Shown here: piece after piece, positions 1 to 8,447 of the stretch
How the letters are laid out: each line of letters opens with the position of its first letter
Numbering within the stretch: the stretch's first letter is position 1
Assembly (NCBI GenBank): GCA_017442155.1
Contig: JAFSAU010000038.1
Span: forward strand, 57,685 to 121,684
Length of the DNA: 64,000 nt
Source of the DNA: Clostridia bacterium
Lineage (GTDB): Bacteria; Bacillota; Clostridia; UMGS1883; UMGS1540
Reading direction: 5' to 3'
Program-made: the position numbers and the translations under genes
The notes under the pieces: generated by a model
Database searches by the model: none
The model's input: the letters and a program-made list of their open reading frames with translations, nothing else
What the model was told of the DNA's origin: nothing

Positions 1-979
1 CGAAAACGGTGTTCTTTCTGTAACAGTTGACCTTGCCGACAAAGTAAACAACCTGGAAGAAACCATCACTATCGACGCATCAGTTACGAATTATGTAGCT
101 AAATCTGCAACAGTAGCAGTTATCGCTCCCACAAAAGCAGCAGCTGATGACGCTACAGTTTCCAGCGCATATACCGATACTATTGATGGCGGAACTGGCA
201 CTTCAGACGCAGAAGCAGCTGATACGGATACTACAGATGGTAGTGCTGAATGGAAGACCATGTACGGTCAGGCAGTTGTAACTCTGCCCACACCTGATTC
301 TGGTCTCACATATAGCTGGGCTATCGTGGCAGATGCTGATTCCACTGGTGCAAGCGTAGAAACGATTGCTGACAACGCAACATCTGTTGTACTCGACAGA
401 CCGGATTATGTTGCTCCTGCATCTGTAACAGAGTCTACACCTAAGGCTTACAATTACACACTTACACTTACTGTAACAGCCGCTGGCTACAAGGAAGCAA
501 CCAAAACATTCCCTGTATCCGCAAGCCGCGTAGGTATGAAGGGTGCAACTGTTACTATTACACCGAACTTCACTGGTCCTACAAGTGCTGCGATCGCCGC
601 TTCTGCGACATACACACTGACCCCTGTAGCCGGTGGAACACCTGTTGTTATTACTTACGACGGAACTGGCTTTACAGCTAATGCGGTTGCTCTTGGTGAC
701 TACACTCTGACGATAGCCCGCCCGGGTTATGTTACAAAAACCATCGAAGTAACTGTTGGCGCCGGTGGCATCGAAAACCTCACATTGCCGGAAATGGTTG
801 CTGGTGATGCTACTGGCGACGGTGCTATCGACATAAACGACTTCTTTGCATGGACTGACGCGTTTGGTGCTACAACTGGTGGGGACACCTACTCCAACGC
901 TGTTGACTTTAATGCTGACGGAGCAATTGATATTAATGACTTCTTTATGTGGACCGATAGTTTCGGATATACATCTTAA
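1..979 (+). CDS. C-terminal part of a large secreted protein ending in an X-module + dockerin (type II-like); 5' end outside the window
   Basis: Frame open from position 2 (ENGVLSVTVDLADK...) into the 260..979 ORF; Thr/Ala/Val-rich beta-sandwich sequence; YTLTIARPGYVTKTI followed by two Ca-loop repeats GDATGDGAIDINDF and DFNADGAIDINDF, the layout of scaffoldin X-dockerin dyads. Confidence 0.8.
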   Translation, partial: ENGVLSVTVDLADKVNNLEETITIDASVTNYVAKSATVAVIAPTKAAADDATVSSAYTDTIDGGTGTSDAEAADTDTTDGSAEWKTMYGQAVVTLPTPDSGLTYSWAIVADADSTGASVETIADNATSVVLDRPDYVAPASVTESTPKAYNYTLTLTVTAAGYKEATKTFPVSASRVGMKGATVTITPNFTGPTSAAIAASATYTLTPVAGGTPVVITYDGTGFTANAVALGDYTLTIARPGYVTKTIEVTVGAGGIENLTLPEMVAGDATGDGAIDINDFFAWTDAFGATTGGDTYSNAVDFNADGAIDINDFFMWTDSFGYTS

Positions 980-1007
980 AAAATAGTTTTAGAAAGAGGT
1001 AAACAAA

Positions 1008-3239
1008 ATGAGTAAAAAGATTTTTGCTACGTTACTTGCTTTACTCATGGTGATGACAATGTCTTTTGCTGTGACTGCAGCAGGAGAACCGACCATGACA
1101 GCTAAAGTAGGAAGCGTATACGAGGATGATTCTTTCACAATTGATTTTACTGTTTCTGGCGTAACGCAGAGTCAGGGTGCTCAGATTACAATTACGTACG
1201 ACCCTGCTGTGATTGCAGTAGCACCTATTGAAGGCGGATCCCCGACAGCGGCACAGACCTATTGTGAAAACACATTGCAGGCAGACCTTTGTGCAATGGT
1301 AAATATGGCAACTGCGACATCTGGTAGCTTGAGTTTAGCTATTGGTGCTATGTCTGCTGTTAATATTGTTGATCCGACACTCTTTAAAGTTCGTTTCACA
1401 GCTTTGGAACAGGGTGATATGGATTTTGCCTACACAATTACTGGTTTCCGTTCTGAAGCTGGCGATGTTAAGGACACTATGGTAAAAGAAACAGAAGGTG
1501 CCTTTGCTGTTCTTGCAATGCCCAATAAGCCCAGCATCACCGCTGCTTCTATTGGTGGCACACTTAGAGCTGAGCAAAAGGCTGAAGCGAGCTACACTTG
1601 GAACAATGGTAACACCGGTGAAGGTGCTATTACAACAGATGGCGACGCATCCGTGATAAACTGGACTGTAGACGGTGAAGCTGTTACAAAGCTTGAAACA
1701 GACGGTCGCCTTGAACTGACTCTGAAAGATGAGTGGGTTGGCAAGAAGCTTGCTTATACCGTTCGTCCTACTGCTGCCAGAGGAACTGAAGAGAAGCCTC
1801 TGAACAACACTGCAGATGCAGATGTTGTAGTTGCAGCATCTGATGCTACAATTATTAAAGCGGCAAGTACCTACACATTAACTGCTGATGTAGTGGCAGA
1901 TTTTGAAGATGAGATTATCGCAACTGTACCTGTGAATGTAGCTGTAACCTTGGATGACACTTATCCGGAAGCTGCTATCACAGATACGACTGAGATTTCT
2001 TGGTATATTCTGCCTGCAGTAGCAGAAGGTGAAGAAGACTATACTGTAGAGACCGCTAAAGCAGCTTCTCTGGAAGGCATTACACCTGTTACCGGTGCAT
2101 CCGCAACATTCCTGGTTGAAAACAGAGACCAGTGGGTTGTTGTAGTTGTTGCTCCTAAGGCTACTATCGCTGGTGAAGATTTTACAGCTGCAGAAGTTAA
2201 GCTCGCTGCAAAAATCTCCGGCGAACCCCCGGTAATCGATGCAAGCGGCATTGACACAGAAGTGAAGCTGACTGTTGGCAGAACTCTGAAGACTGACGCT
2301 GTTGTAATCGATGCTAAGATGCCCGAAGGTGCTGAAGGCACACAGGAAGCAGCTACCACATATGCATGGTACGCACTGGATGTAAACACAGCTATTGATT
2401 CTATCACAGAAGAAACCGAAAAAGTTGGCGAAGCTGACAAGCTGAAGCTGACCAGCGACATGAAGGACAAGAAGATTGTTCTCCTTATCGACTACACCAA
2501 CGAACTGGGCATCCCTGCTGAAACTGCAGTAGTTTCTTACGCAGGCGTTGTTCAGAAGGCTTCCGGCAGTGCAACACAGGGCGGTACCTCTCTGGTAACC
2601 GGCGGCACAACCACTCCGGGAACCACCGAACCTGGCACAGACAAACCCGTTGACGAAAAGGATCCTGCAGATCCCGCCGGCACAGCAAACGATAAGGGTG
2701 CTTCCGCTTTCACAGATGTTGACAAGGAAGTTTACGCTTGGGGTTACGACTACCTCGACAAGCTGGCAAAAGCCGGTGTTGTTAAGGGTATGACCGATAC
2801 CACCTATGCTCCTGAAGCAGAAACAACTTATGCACAGTTCACCGCTCTGGTAGTTCGCGTTCTCGGCCTCACCGCTGAAGATGCTGCTACAGAAAAGGTT
2901 GCTGCTGACCACTGGTCTTATGCAGAAGTTGCAGTTGCTGATAAGCTGGGCATTCTGGCTGACGTTGCTTTCGATGCTGAAAAGGCAATTACCCGTGAAG
3001 ACATGGCTGCAATTGCTCATAAGGCACTCGTTGCAAAAGAAGTTAAGCTTGCTGAAGGCGATGCAGTAGAGTTCTCCGATGCTTCCGCAATCAGCGAATA
3101 CGCTGCTGCAAGCATTGAAGCTCTGGCTAAGGCCGGCATCCTCAACGGCATGGGTGATGGCACCTTCGCTCCGAAGGGCACAACCACCAGAATGCAGACC
3201 GCTAAGGTTATCGGTATGATCTTCGACCTCGTTGGTTAA
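1008..3239 (+). CDS. Cell-surface anchoring protein: signal peptide, cohesin-like domain, Ig-like domains, Thr/Pro/Gly linker, three SLH domains
   Basis: Signal peptide MSKKIF...AVTA; cohesin-like segment (GAQITITYDPAVI...LFKVRFTAL); SLH motifs FTDV..W, GVVKG..D..YAP, ITREDMA, FSD..I, GILNG.GDGTFAP..TTR; RBS GAAAGAGG. Confidence 0.8.
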   Translation: MSKKIFATLLALLMVMTMSFAVTAAGEPTMTAKVGSVYEDDSFTIDFTVSGVTQSQGAQITITYDPAVIAVAPIEGGSPTAAQTYCENTLQADLCAMVNMATATSGSLSLAIGAMSAVNIVDPTLFKVRFTALEQGDMDFAYTITGFRSEAGDVKDTMVKETEGAFAVLAMPNKPSITAASIGGTLRAEQKAEASYTWNNGNTGEGAITTDGDASVINWTVDGEAVTKLETDGRLELTLKDEWVGKKLAYTVRPTAARGTEEKPLNNTADADVVVAASDATIIKAASTYTLTADVVADFEDEIIATVPVNVAVTLDDTYPEAAITDTTEISWYILPAVAEGEEDYTVETAKAASLEGITPVTGASATFLVENRDQWVVVVVAPKATIAGEDFTAAEVKLAAKISGEPPVIDASGIDTEVKLTVGRTLKTDAVVIDAKMPEGAEGTQEAATTYAWYALDVNTAIDSITEETEKVGEADKLKLTSDMKDKKIVLLIDYTNELGIPAETAVVSYAGVVQKASGSATQGGTSLVTGGTTTPGTTEPGTDKPVDEKDPADPAGTANDKGASAFTDVDKEVYAWGYDYLDKLAKAGVVKGMTDTTYAPEAETTYAQFTALVVRVLGLTAEDAATEKVAADHWSYAEVAVADKLGILADVAFDAEKAITREDMAAIAHKALVAKEVKLAEGDAVEFSDASAISEYAAASIEALAKAGILNGMGDGTFAPKGTTTRMQTAKVIGMIFDLVG

Positions 3240-3257
3240 TCGACACCTTATAAATCC

Positions 3258-3288
3258 AAACGGCACCCCTTGTGGGTGCCGTTTTTTT
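3258..3288 (+). terminator. Rho-independent terminator
   Basis: AAACGGCACCC-CTTGT-GGGTGCCGTTT stem followed by a T run. Confidence 0.85.
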
Positions 3289-3352
3289 GTATAACGAAAA
3301 CCACGCGATAGTCGAAAATGAGTAAAGCAGCAGAAGATTTATACTGAGCAAA

Positions 3353-3492
3353 GCCTCCCCTTGTGTAAAGGGAGGTGGGTTTGCGCAGCAAACTCGGAGG
3401 GATTGTAATAGTTAAAATAAAATAATGATAAAAATAGAGAAACAATCCCTCAGTCTCACTGCGATCGACAGCTCCCTTTACACAAGGGAGCC
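3353..3492. repeat. REP/REPIN-like inverted doublet
   Basis: CCCTTGTGTAAAGGGAG (3358-3374) is the exact reverse complement of 3472-3488; GAGGGATTGT (3397-3406) pairs with 3442-3451; AT-rich spacer between units. Confidence 0.7.
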
Positions 3493-3734
3493 TGTTTTTC
3501 TTCTGAAACTTCAAAAATAAGTCGACTATAACAACCGCTTTTGCCTTGCATTATAGTATTATACAACATTCGACATTCTTTTGCTTGAAGTTTTTGATAA
3601 TGCGGTAGATTTCCAGAGTGCCCCCTGATTTTTTCGTGCCTTGCCGGAATGTGACCCGGGTTTTCAAAATCTATCTCCGCATGTTCCGGAGAGGTCTTTT
3701 TGTAGGAGAAATAGAAAAATTTAAGGAAAAAGTG

Positions 3735-3763
3735 TTGACAAAATACTATTTCGGCTGTATAAT
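3735..3763 (+). promoter_or_regulatory. Consensus sigma-A promoter of the putative antitoxin RNA
   Basis: TTGACA-17 bp-TATAAT, with no ORF before the downstream terminator. Confidence 0.85.
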
Positions 3764-3769
3764 GAATAT

Positions 3770-3858
3770 AGAAAAGGCAAGACCAAGCGGTTATGCCAAG
3801 ATGGTTTTATCAGAGGATAGCCCCAATCATTAGCAGGGTGGGGGCTATCTTACTTTTT
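3770..3858 (+). ncRNA. Putative antisense antitoxin sRNA (~90 nt)
   Basis: Runs from a perfect promoter to hairpin GATAGCCCC...GGGGCTATC + TTACTTTTT; antisense to the stop codon and 3' UTR of the small minus-strand ORF. Confidence 0.65.
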
Positions 3859-3919
3859 CAGTAAAAACTATTAGGAACACAGTGACCAAGAACAAGGTTC
3901 TGAGTATGTATTTCATCAT
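3845..3919 (-). CDS. Putative type I toxin, 24-aa membrane peptide MMKYILRTLFLVTVFLIVFTEKVR
   Basis: Hand-translated; strong SD GAAGGGGGGTGA; one hydrophobic helix and a charged C-terminus; own promoter; convergent sRNA. Confidence 0.7.
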   Translation of the reverse strand: MMKYILRTLFLVTVFLIVFTEKVR

Positions 3920-3985
3920 AGCGTCACCCCCCTTCGGGTGTGACATAACCGCCCAAGCCTGACGCTTTTTGTCTTGCCTTATACT

Positions 3986-4014
3986 ATTATACACCTTTCG
4001 ACATTCTTTTGCAA
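3986..4014 (-). promoter_or_regulatory. Sigma-A promoter of the small peptide gene, with a Spo0A box in the spacer
   Basis: Minus strand TTGCAA-17 bp-TATAAT; TGTCGAA at 3997-4003. Confidence 0.7.
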
Positions 4015-4127
4015 GCAGTTTTTGAAAATGCGGTAGATTTTCAGAGAGAACCCTAATTTTTGCGAGGTGCGCTCATGAGCATCTCCGATGTAATGCAAAG
4101 GAATTTTGATTTTTCACATAAAAACAC

Positions 4128-4156
4128 TTGAATCCTTTTACAATATGTTGTATAAT
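4128..4156 (+). promoter_or_regulatory. Sigma-A promoter of nifS-nifU
   Basis: TTGAAT-17 bp-TATAAT. Confidence 0.6.
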
Positions 4157-4180
4157 GGTATATTGGAAAGGAATGATAGT

Positions 4181-5350
4181 ATGATTTATTTTGACAACGC
4201 AGCCACCACGGCAGTGACGCCTGCCGTCCGGGATGCGATGCTTCCATATTTTACCGAGTACTTCGGAAATCCTTCCTCCATTTTTTATTCGCTTGGCGCA
4301 GAAGCCCGGAAGGGCATGGAGGAAGCCCGTGCCACAGTGGCAGAAATTTTAGGGTGCAGTCCCAGGGAAATTTTTTTTACCGCCTCCGGCAGTGAGGCAG
4401 ATAACTGGGCGATTCGGGGTGCGGCCTTAAAAAGCGGAAAAAAACATATCATTACATCAGCGATTGAACACCATGCTGTGATTCACACCTGCGAATTTCT
4501 GGAAAAGCAGGGCTGGCGTGTAACGTACCTGCCTGTCGATGCGGACGGGCTTGTTTCACCGGCAGACCTGGAGGCGGCCATCTGCGACGATACGGCCCTC
4601 GTTTCCATTATGTATGCCAACAACGAAATCGGCACAATCCAGCCTATCCGGGAGCTTTGCGAAATTGCACATAAAAAAGGCGTTCTCTTTCATACGGACG
4701 CTGTGCAGGCTGTGGGAACTGTGCCGGTGAACGTAGCCGACCTCTGTGTGGATATGCTCAGTCTGTCTGCACATAAATTCCACGGACCGAAGGGAATCGG
4801 TGCGCTGTATATCAAAAAGGGTGTCCGCATTGAGCGGCTGATTCACGGTGGTGCCCAGGAAAGGGGAATGCGCGCCGGAACGGAAAATACGGCTTATATT
4901 GCCGGACTTGCAAAGGCACTTTCCGATGCCACGGAAAAAATGGAAGAAAAATCGGAATATGTCAGAAAATTACGGGACAAGCTGACAGCGGGCGTACTGG
5001 CCGCCGTGCCCCATGCCCGTCTCAACGGACATGCAGAGAAAAGACTGCCGGGGAATGCAAACTTTTCCTTCCGGTTTATTGAAGGAGAGGGGCTCCTTCT
5101 GCATCTGGCACTGGCCGGATTTGCCGTTTCCAGCGGCTCGGCCTGTGCATCGGCCTCGCTGGACCCGTCCCATGTGCTCCTGGCGATTGGTCTGCCCCAT
5201 GAGATTGCCCACGGGTCGCTCCGGGTCAGCCTGTCGGCCGACAATACAGAGGAAGAGGTGGACGCATTTCTGGCCGTACTGCCGCCGATTGTGGAACGGC
5301 TTCGCCAGATGTCGCCGCTTTACGAGGAATTTTTAAAGGGGGAAAATTAA
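4181..5350 (+). CDS. nifS: Cysteine desulfurase (NifS/IscS)
   Basis: IYFDNAATT, GNPSS, HTDAVQ, PLP lysine SAHKFHGPKG, catalytic SSGSAC; start moved to ATG 4181 after GAAAGGAA. Confidence 0.95.
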   Translation: MIYFDNAATTAVTPAVRDAMLPYFTEYFGNPSSIFYSLGAEARKGMEEARATVAEILGCSPREIFFTASGSEADNWAIRGAALKSGKKHIITSAIEHHAVIHTCEFLEKQGWRVTYLPVDADGLVSPADLEAAICDDTALVSIMYANNEIGTIQPIRELCEIAHKKGVLFHTDAVQAVGTVPVNVADLCVDMLSLSAHKFHGPKGIGALYIKKGVRIERLIHGGAQERGMRAGTENTAYIAGLAKALSDATEKMEEKSEYVRKLRDKLTAGVLAAVPHARLNGHAEKRLPGNANFSFRFIEGEGLLLHLALAGFAVSSGSACASASLDPSHVLLAIGLPHEIAHGSLRVSLSADNTEEEVDAFLAVLPPIVERLRQMSPLYEEFLKGEN

Positions 5351-5788
5351 ATGTATACAGAAAAAGTAATGGACCATTTTCAGAATCCGCGGAATGTGGG
5401 CGAAATTGAAGATGCCAATGCCGTAGGCACAGTAGGCAACGCTAAGTGCGGCGACATCATGAAAATTTATATGAAGATTGACGAAAACCAGGTAATTTCC
5501 GATATCAAATTTAAAACCTTCGGCTGTGGCGCGGCCATTGCCACCAGCAGTATGGCGACGGAGCTTGTCAAGGGCAAAACCGTGGAGGAGGCTCTGCAGA
5601 TTACAAACCGTGCGGTTGTGGAGGCACTGGAGGGTCTGCCGCCGGAAAAACTGCACTGCTCAGTGCTTGCCGAGGAAGCGATTCATGCCGCCATTGAGGA
5701 CTATTGTAAGCGTACAGGCCTTAGCTTTGAAGGCTGTAAGAAGTGCGACGGGTGCTGCGGCAGCTGTCACGGGCACGAGGAGGAATAG
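5351..5788 (+). CDS. nifU: Fe-S cluster scaffold (clostridial NifU/IscU)
   Basis: YTEKVMDHF.NPRN, CGD, FGCGAAIA, KLHCS; Cys/His-rich C-terminal tail. Confidence 0.93.
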   Translation: MYTEKVMDHFQNPRNVGEIEDANAVGTVGNAKCGDIMKIYMKIDENQVISDIKFKTFGCGAAIATSSMATELVKGKTVEEALQITNRAVVEALEGLPPEKLHCSVLAEEAIHAAIEDYCKRTGLSFEGCKKCDGCCGSCHGHEEE

Positions 5789-5790
5789 AA

Positions 5791-6141
5791 ATGGATGGTC
5801 TGGAGATTCTGGAGTATACCGGCCCTGACTACCGCCCGGTACTGGATTTTGGCGCGTGGCGCGTGGCGTACCTGAACTTTTCCGACCGTTTTGACCCCGA
5901 AAAGGCGGACACGCTGGAGCGGCATATGGAAACGGATGAGGTTTTCGTTCTTCTGGAAGGGGAGGCCACGCTTCTGATTGGCGAAACCGGTGCACCCTGC
6001 CCGATGGAAAAATTTAAGACCTACAATGTAAAAAAGGGTACCTGGCATGGGATTCTCGCCAGCCGCGACGCGCATGTTCTCATTGTGGAAAATGCGGATA
6101 CGGGGGATGAGAATACTGAGTTTATGCCGTATATAAAATAA
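5791..6141 (+). CDS. Cupin-fold protein (ureidoglycolate lyase-like)
   Basis: ERH.ETDEVFVLLEG and YNVKKGTWH metal-ligand pattern; RBS GAGGAGG. Confidence 0.6.
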   Translation: MDGLEILEYTGPDYRPVLDFGAWRVAYLNFSDRFDPEKADTLERHMETDEVFVLLEGEATLLIGETGAPCPMEKFKTYNVKKGTWHGILASRDAHVLIVENADTGDENTEFMPYIK

Positions 6142-6152
6142 TATGTAAACGG

Positions 6153-6187
6153 AAACTGCTTCACACTGTGCGTGAGGCAGTTTTTTT
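6153..6187. terminator. Terminator between convergent genes
   Basis: AAACTGCTTCAC...GTGAGGCAGTTTTTT. Confidence 0.7.
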
Positions 6188-8447
6188 ACGGCCAAAGTGT
6201 TTCGATTTTGCGGCGTCCATCCGGGAAAATACGGATTCGCACAGTGCCCTGCGTATCGGTACGATAAACGGGGATTTCTCGGGATGCAAGGGCAGTCAGA
6301 ACAGAATCGGCCGGATAACCATGTTGATTTTCAATGCAGGAAATAACGGCGGCACCGGGGCTTACGGCATCCCAGAATTCCGGAAGACCGGATGTGTCTG
6401 CTCCGTGGTGCGGGACCTTTACAATATCGCAGTCGATATCCGCGCCTCGGTACACAAGCCGTCGTTCCCCGTTTTTATCAATATTCCCGGTGAAAAGCAC
6501 ACGGCCGCCCGGCGCGTCCAGCCGGTAGACAAGACCGTTATTTTCTTCGTTGCCGTTCGCTACGCTGAAGGCAGAAACGGTGAGTGCGGAAAGGGAAACC
6601 GTATCGCCGTCGCCGAGATAGCGGACCCGGGTTTGGGTTTCCAGCGCATATGCGGCAAGGGACGGGGCTGTTTTTTTATCAGGCACGGCCGGAAGATACA
6701 GCCGGTCGATACAGTTGTTTTCCATAAGGGTCAGAAAACCGGCGGCGTGGTCGGTGTGGTAATGGGTCAGAAATGCGGCGTCAATTTTGGAGATACCTTC
6801 CTGCCGGAGATAGGGGAGGACGGTGGTATTGCCACCGCTGTCAAACAGCATGGTACGGCCCTCCAGCTGTACCAGTGCACAATCACCGTTGCCTACGCTC
6901 AAAAACGTGACAAGGGCCGACTTCCGGTCCCGGAGAACACTCGCCGCTTCGACGGTAAAAAGAGCCAGCACAAGGCAGAAAATCCACCCGGCACGGCGAA
7001 GCCACTTTTCCGTAAGTGCGTACAGACCTATGAGGGCGGCCAGACAGCCGCAAAGAGCAGCCGGACCGGGCTGGCGCAGGCCCACAGTGGCAAAGGGGAG
7101 ACGGGCAAAAAGTGCCGCGACCCATAAAATATAGCGCAGCGCAAGGTCGAGACAGAAAAAGAGGGCATCGGAAAAATAGGGGATACCGGCGGTGACGGCG
7201 GCCAGAAAGCCGGCGATCATCAGGAAGGAAAGAAGGGGGCAGACAAGGAGATTCGCCAGAACGCCCACGAGGGATACAAAGCCGAAATGGTATGCACCCA
7301 GCGGTGCAAACCCCACAAAGGCGGAGAGGGAGACGGCGATGCCGGCACGCAGAAAGCCGGGCAGAAAAGAAAGATAAGCGGAAAATTTACTGAAGAACAG
7401 CAGAATTCCCAGTGTAGAAGCGCAGGAAAGCTGAAAGCCGATGTCAAATAGCATTCCGGGATTTATAATGCAGAGCGAGAACGCCGCAAAGGCGAGGGCA
7501 GTAAGACTGTCGCTGTCCCGCCGGAAAAAGCCGGCAAGAAAGACAAGGGAGAGCATCAGTGCCGCCCGGAGCACCGAGGCAGAGGCCCCTGTGAACAGCA
7601 CGAAAAACCAGATAAACAGCAAATAGCAGAGGATGGAAAAAAGACGGCGACGAATTTTTAAAAGGCCAAAGAGTGCCATGACGGCACCGACAATAATTTG
7701 CAGGTGGAGTCCCGAAACGGCCACCACGTGGGAAAGCCCGGCTTTTTGCAGATTTTCGCTGGTTTCGGCGTAGAGCAGGCTTTTGTCCCCGGTCAGAAGT
7801 GCACGGAGAAAGCCCTCGGATGCTTCGCTGAGCCGGCCGGAAATTGCAGCCTGGATGTGGGTGCGAAGGGCATAGGCCGCATCACCGGGGCGGAGGAGAG
7901 AAAAATTGTGGCCCGTCACGGTCAGCTGCCCGTCCTCCGGGTAGAGAAAGGCGTAAATATCTTTGCCCATGCAGTAGTGCCGGTAGTCCGTTTCACCGAA
8001 ATTACGGGGTTTCTCCGGCACAGAGGCGATGGCAGTGAGGGAGACAGTGTCACCGTAGGAAAATGCATTTTCGCTCTCCGGGTACACATACACGTCAACA
8101 GCTTCATAAGAGAAAGCTTCCCCCTGTACACTGCCCTTGACCAATAGCCGCAGCCGGTCTGTTTCCCGGATGTCCGTAATCCGGCCCCGGACAGTGATCT
8201 CCTGACCGCTGATGGCCGTGATTTTGGCATTGTACCGGGTGAAATGAAGAGAAAAACAGAAAAAGCCGATGACCATGCCTGCCATGGCCATCAGCAAAAC
8301 CTTTCGGAAGCCATATTTGTGAAGGAACAAGCCGCCCATAAGGAACGCGGTGACAGCTATCGCCGCCGGGAGATAATATTTGGCCGCCGCCAGCCCGATG
8401 CCGGCTAAAAAAGCGGCAGTAAACCAGAAAAAATAGCGATTTTTCAT
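6186..8447 (-). CDS. comEC: DNA uptake channel ComEC/Rec2
   Basis: OB domain (PRNFGETDY), competence domain HVVAVSGLH / SVLRA / GFQLS, beta-lactamase domain THYHTDH and KVPHHG. Confidence 0.92.
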   Translation of the reverse strand: MKNRYFFWFTAAFLAGIGLAAAKYYLPAAIAVTAFLMGGLFLHKYGFRKVLLMAMAGMVIGFFCFSLHFTRYNAKITAISGQEITVRGRITDIRETDRLRLLVKGSVQGEAFSYEAVDVYVYPESENAFSYGDTVSLTAIASVPEKPRNFGETDYRHYCMGKDIYAFLYPEDGQLTVTGHNFSLLRPGDAAYALRTHIQAAISGRLSEASEGFLRALLTGDKSLLYAETSENLQKAGLSHVVAVSGLHLQIIVGAVMALFGLLKIRRRLFSILCYLLFIWFFVLFTGASASVLRAALMLSLVFLAGFFRRDSDSLTALAFAAFSLCIINPGMLFDIGFQLSCASTLGILLFFSKFSAYLSFLPGFLRAGIAVSLSAFVGFAPLGAYHFGFVSLVGVLANLLVCPLLSFLMIAGFLAAVTAGIPYFSDALFFCLDLALRYILWVAALFARLPFATVGLRQPGPAALCGCLAALIGLYALTEKWLRRAGWIFCLVLALFTVEAASVLRDRKSALVTFLSVGNGDCALVQLEGRTMLFDSGGNTTVLPYLRQEGISKIDAAFLTHYHTDHAAGFLTLMENNCIDRLYLPAVPDKKTAPSLAAYALETQTRVRYLGDGDTVSLSALTVSAFSVANGNEENNGLVYRLDAPGGRVLFTGNIDKNGERRLVYRGADIDCDIVKVPHHGADTSGLPEFWDAVSPGAAVISCIENQHGYPADSVLTALASREIPVYRTDTQGTVRIRIFPDGRRKIETLWP

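Larger units (their letters stand above)
3535..4047. repeat. Imperfect ~85-bp direct repeat pair (about 3535-3618 and 3962-4047)
   Basis: Shared blocks TATTATACA..TTCGACATTCTTTTGC..AGTTTTTGA.AATGCGGTAGATTT.CAGAG. Confidence 0.8.

Noticed and set aside
1878-3266. Long antisense ORFs (e.g. 1878..3266, 16761..18377, 18478..20289, 27817..29895)
   Set aside because: Shadows of strongly codon-biased sense genes; no RBS, motifs or protein-like composition.
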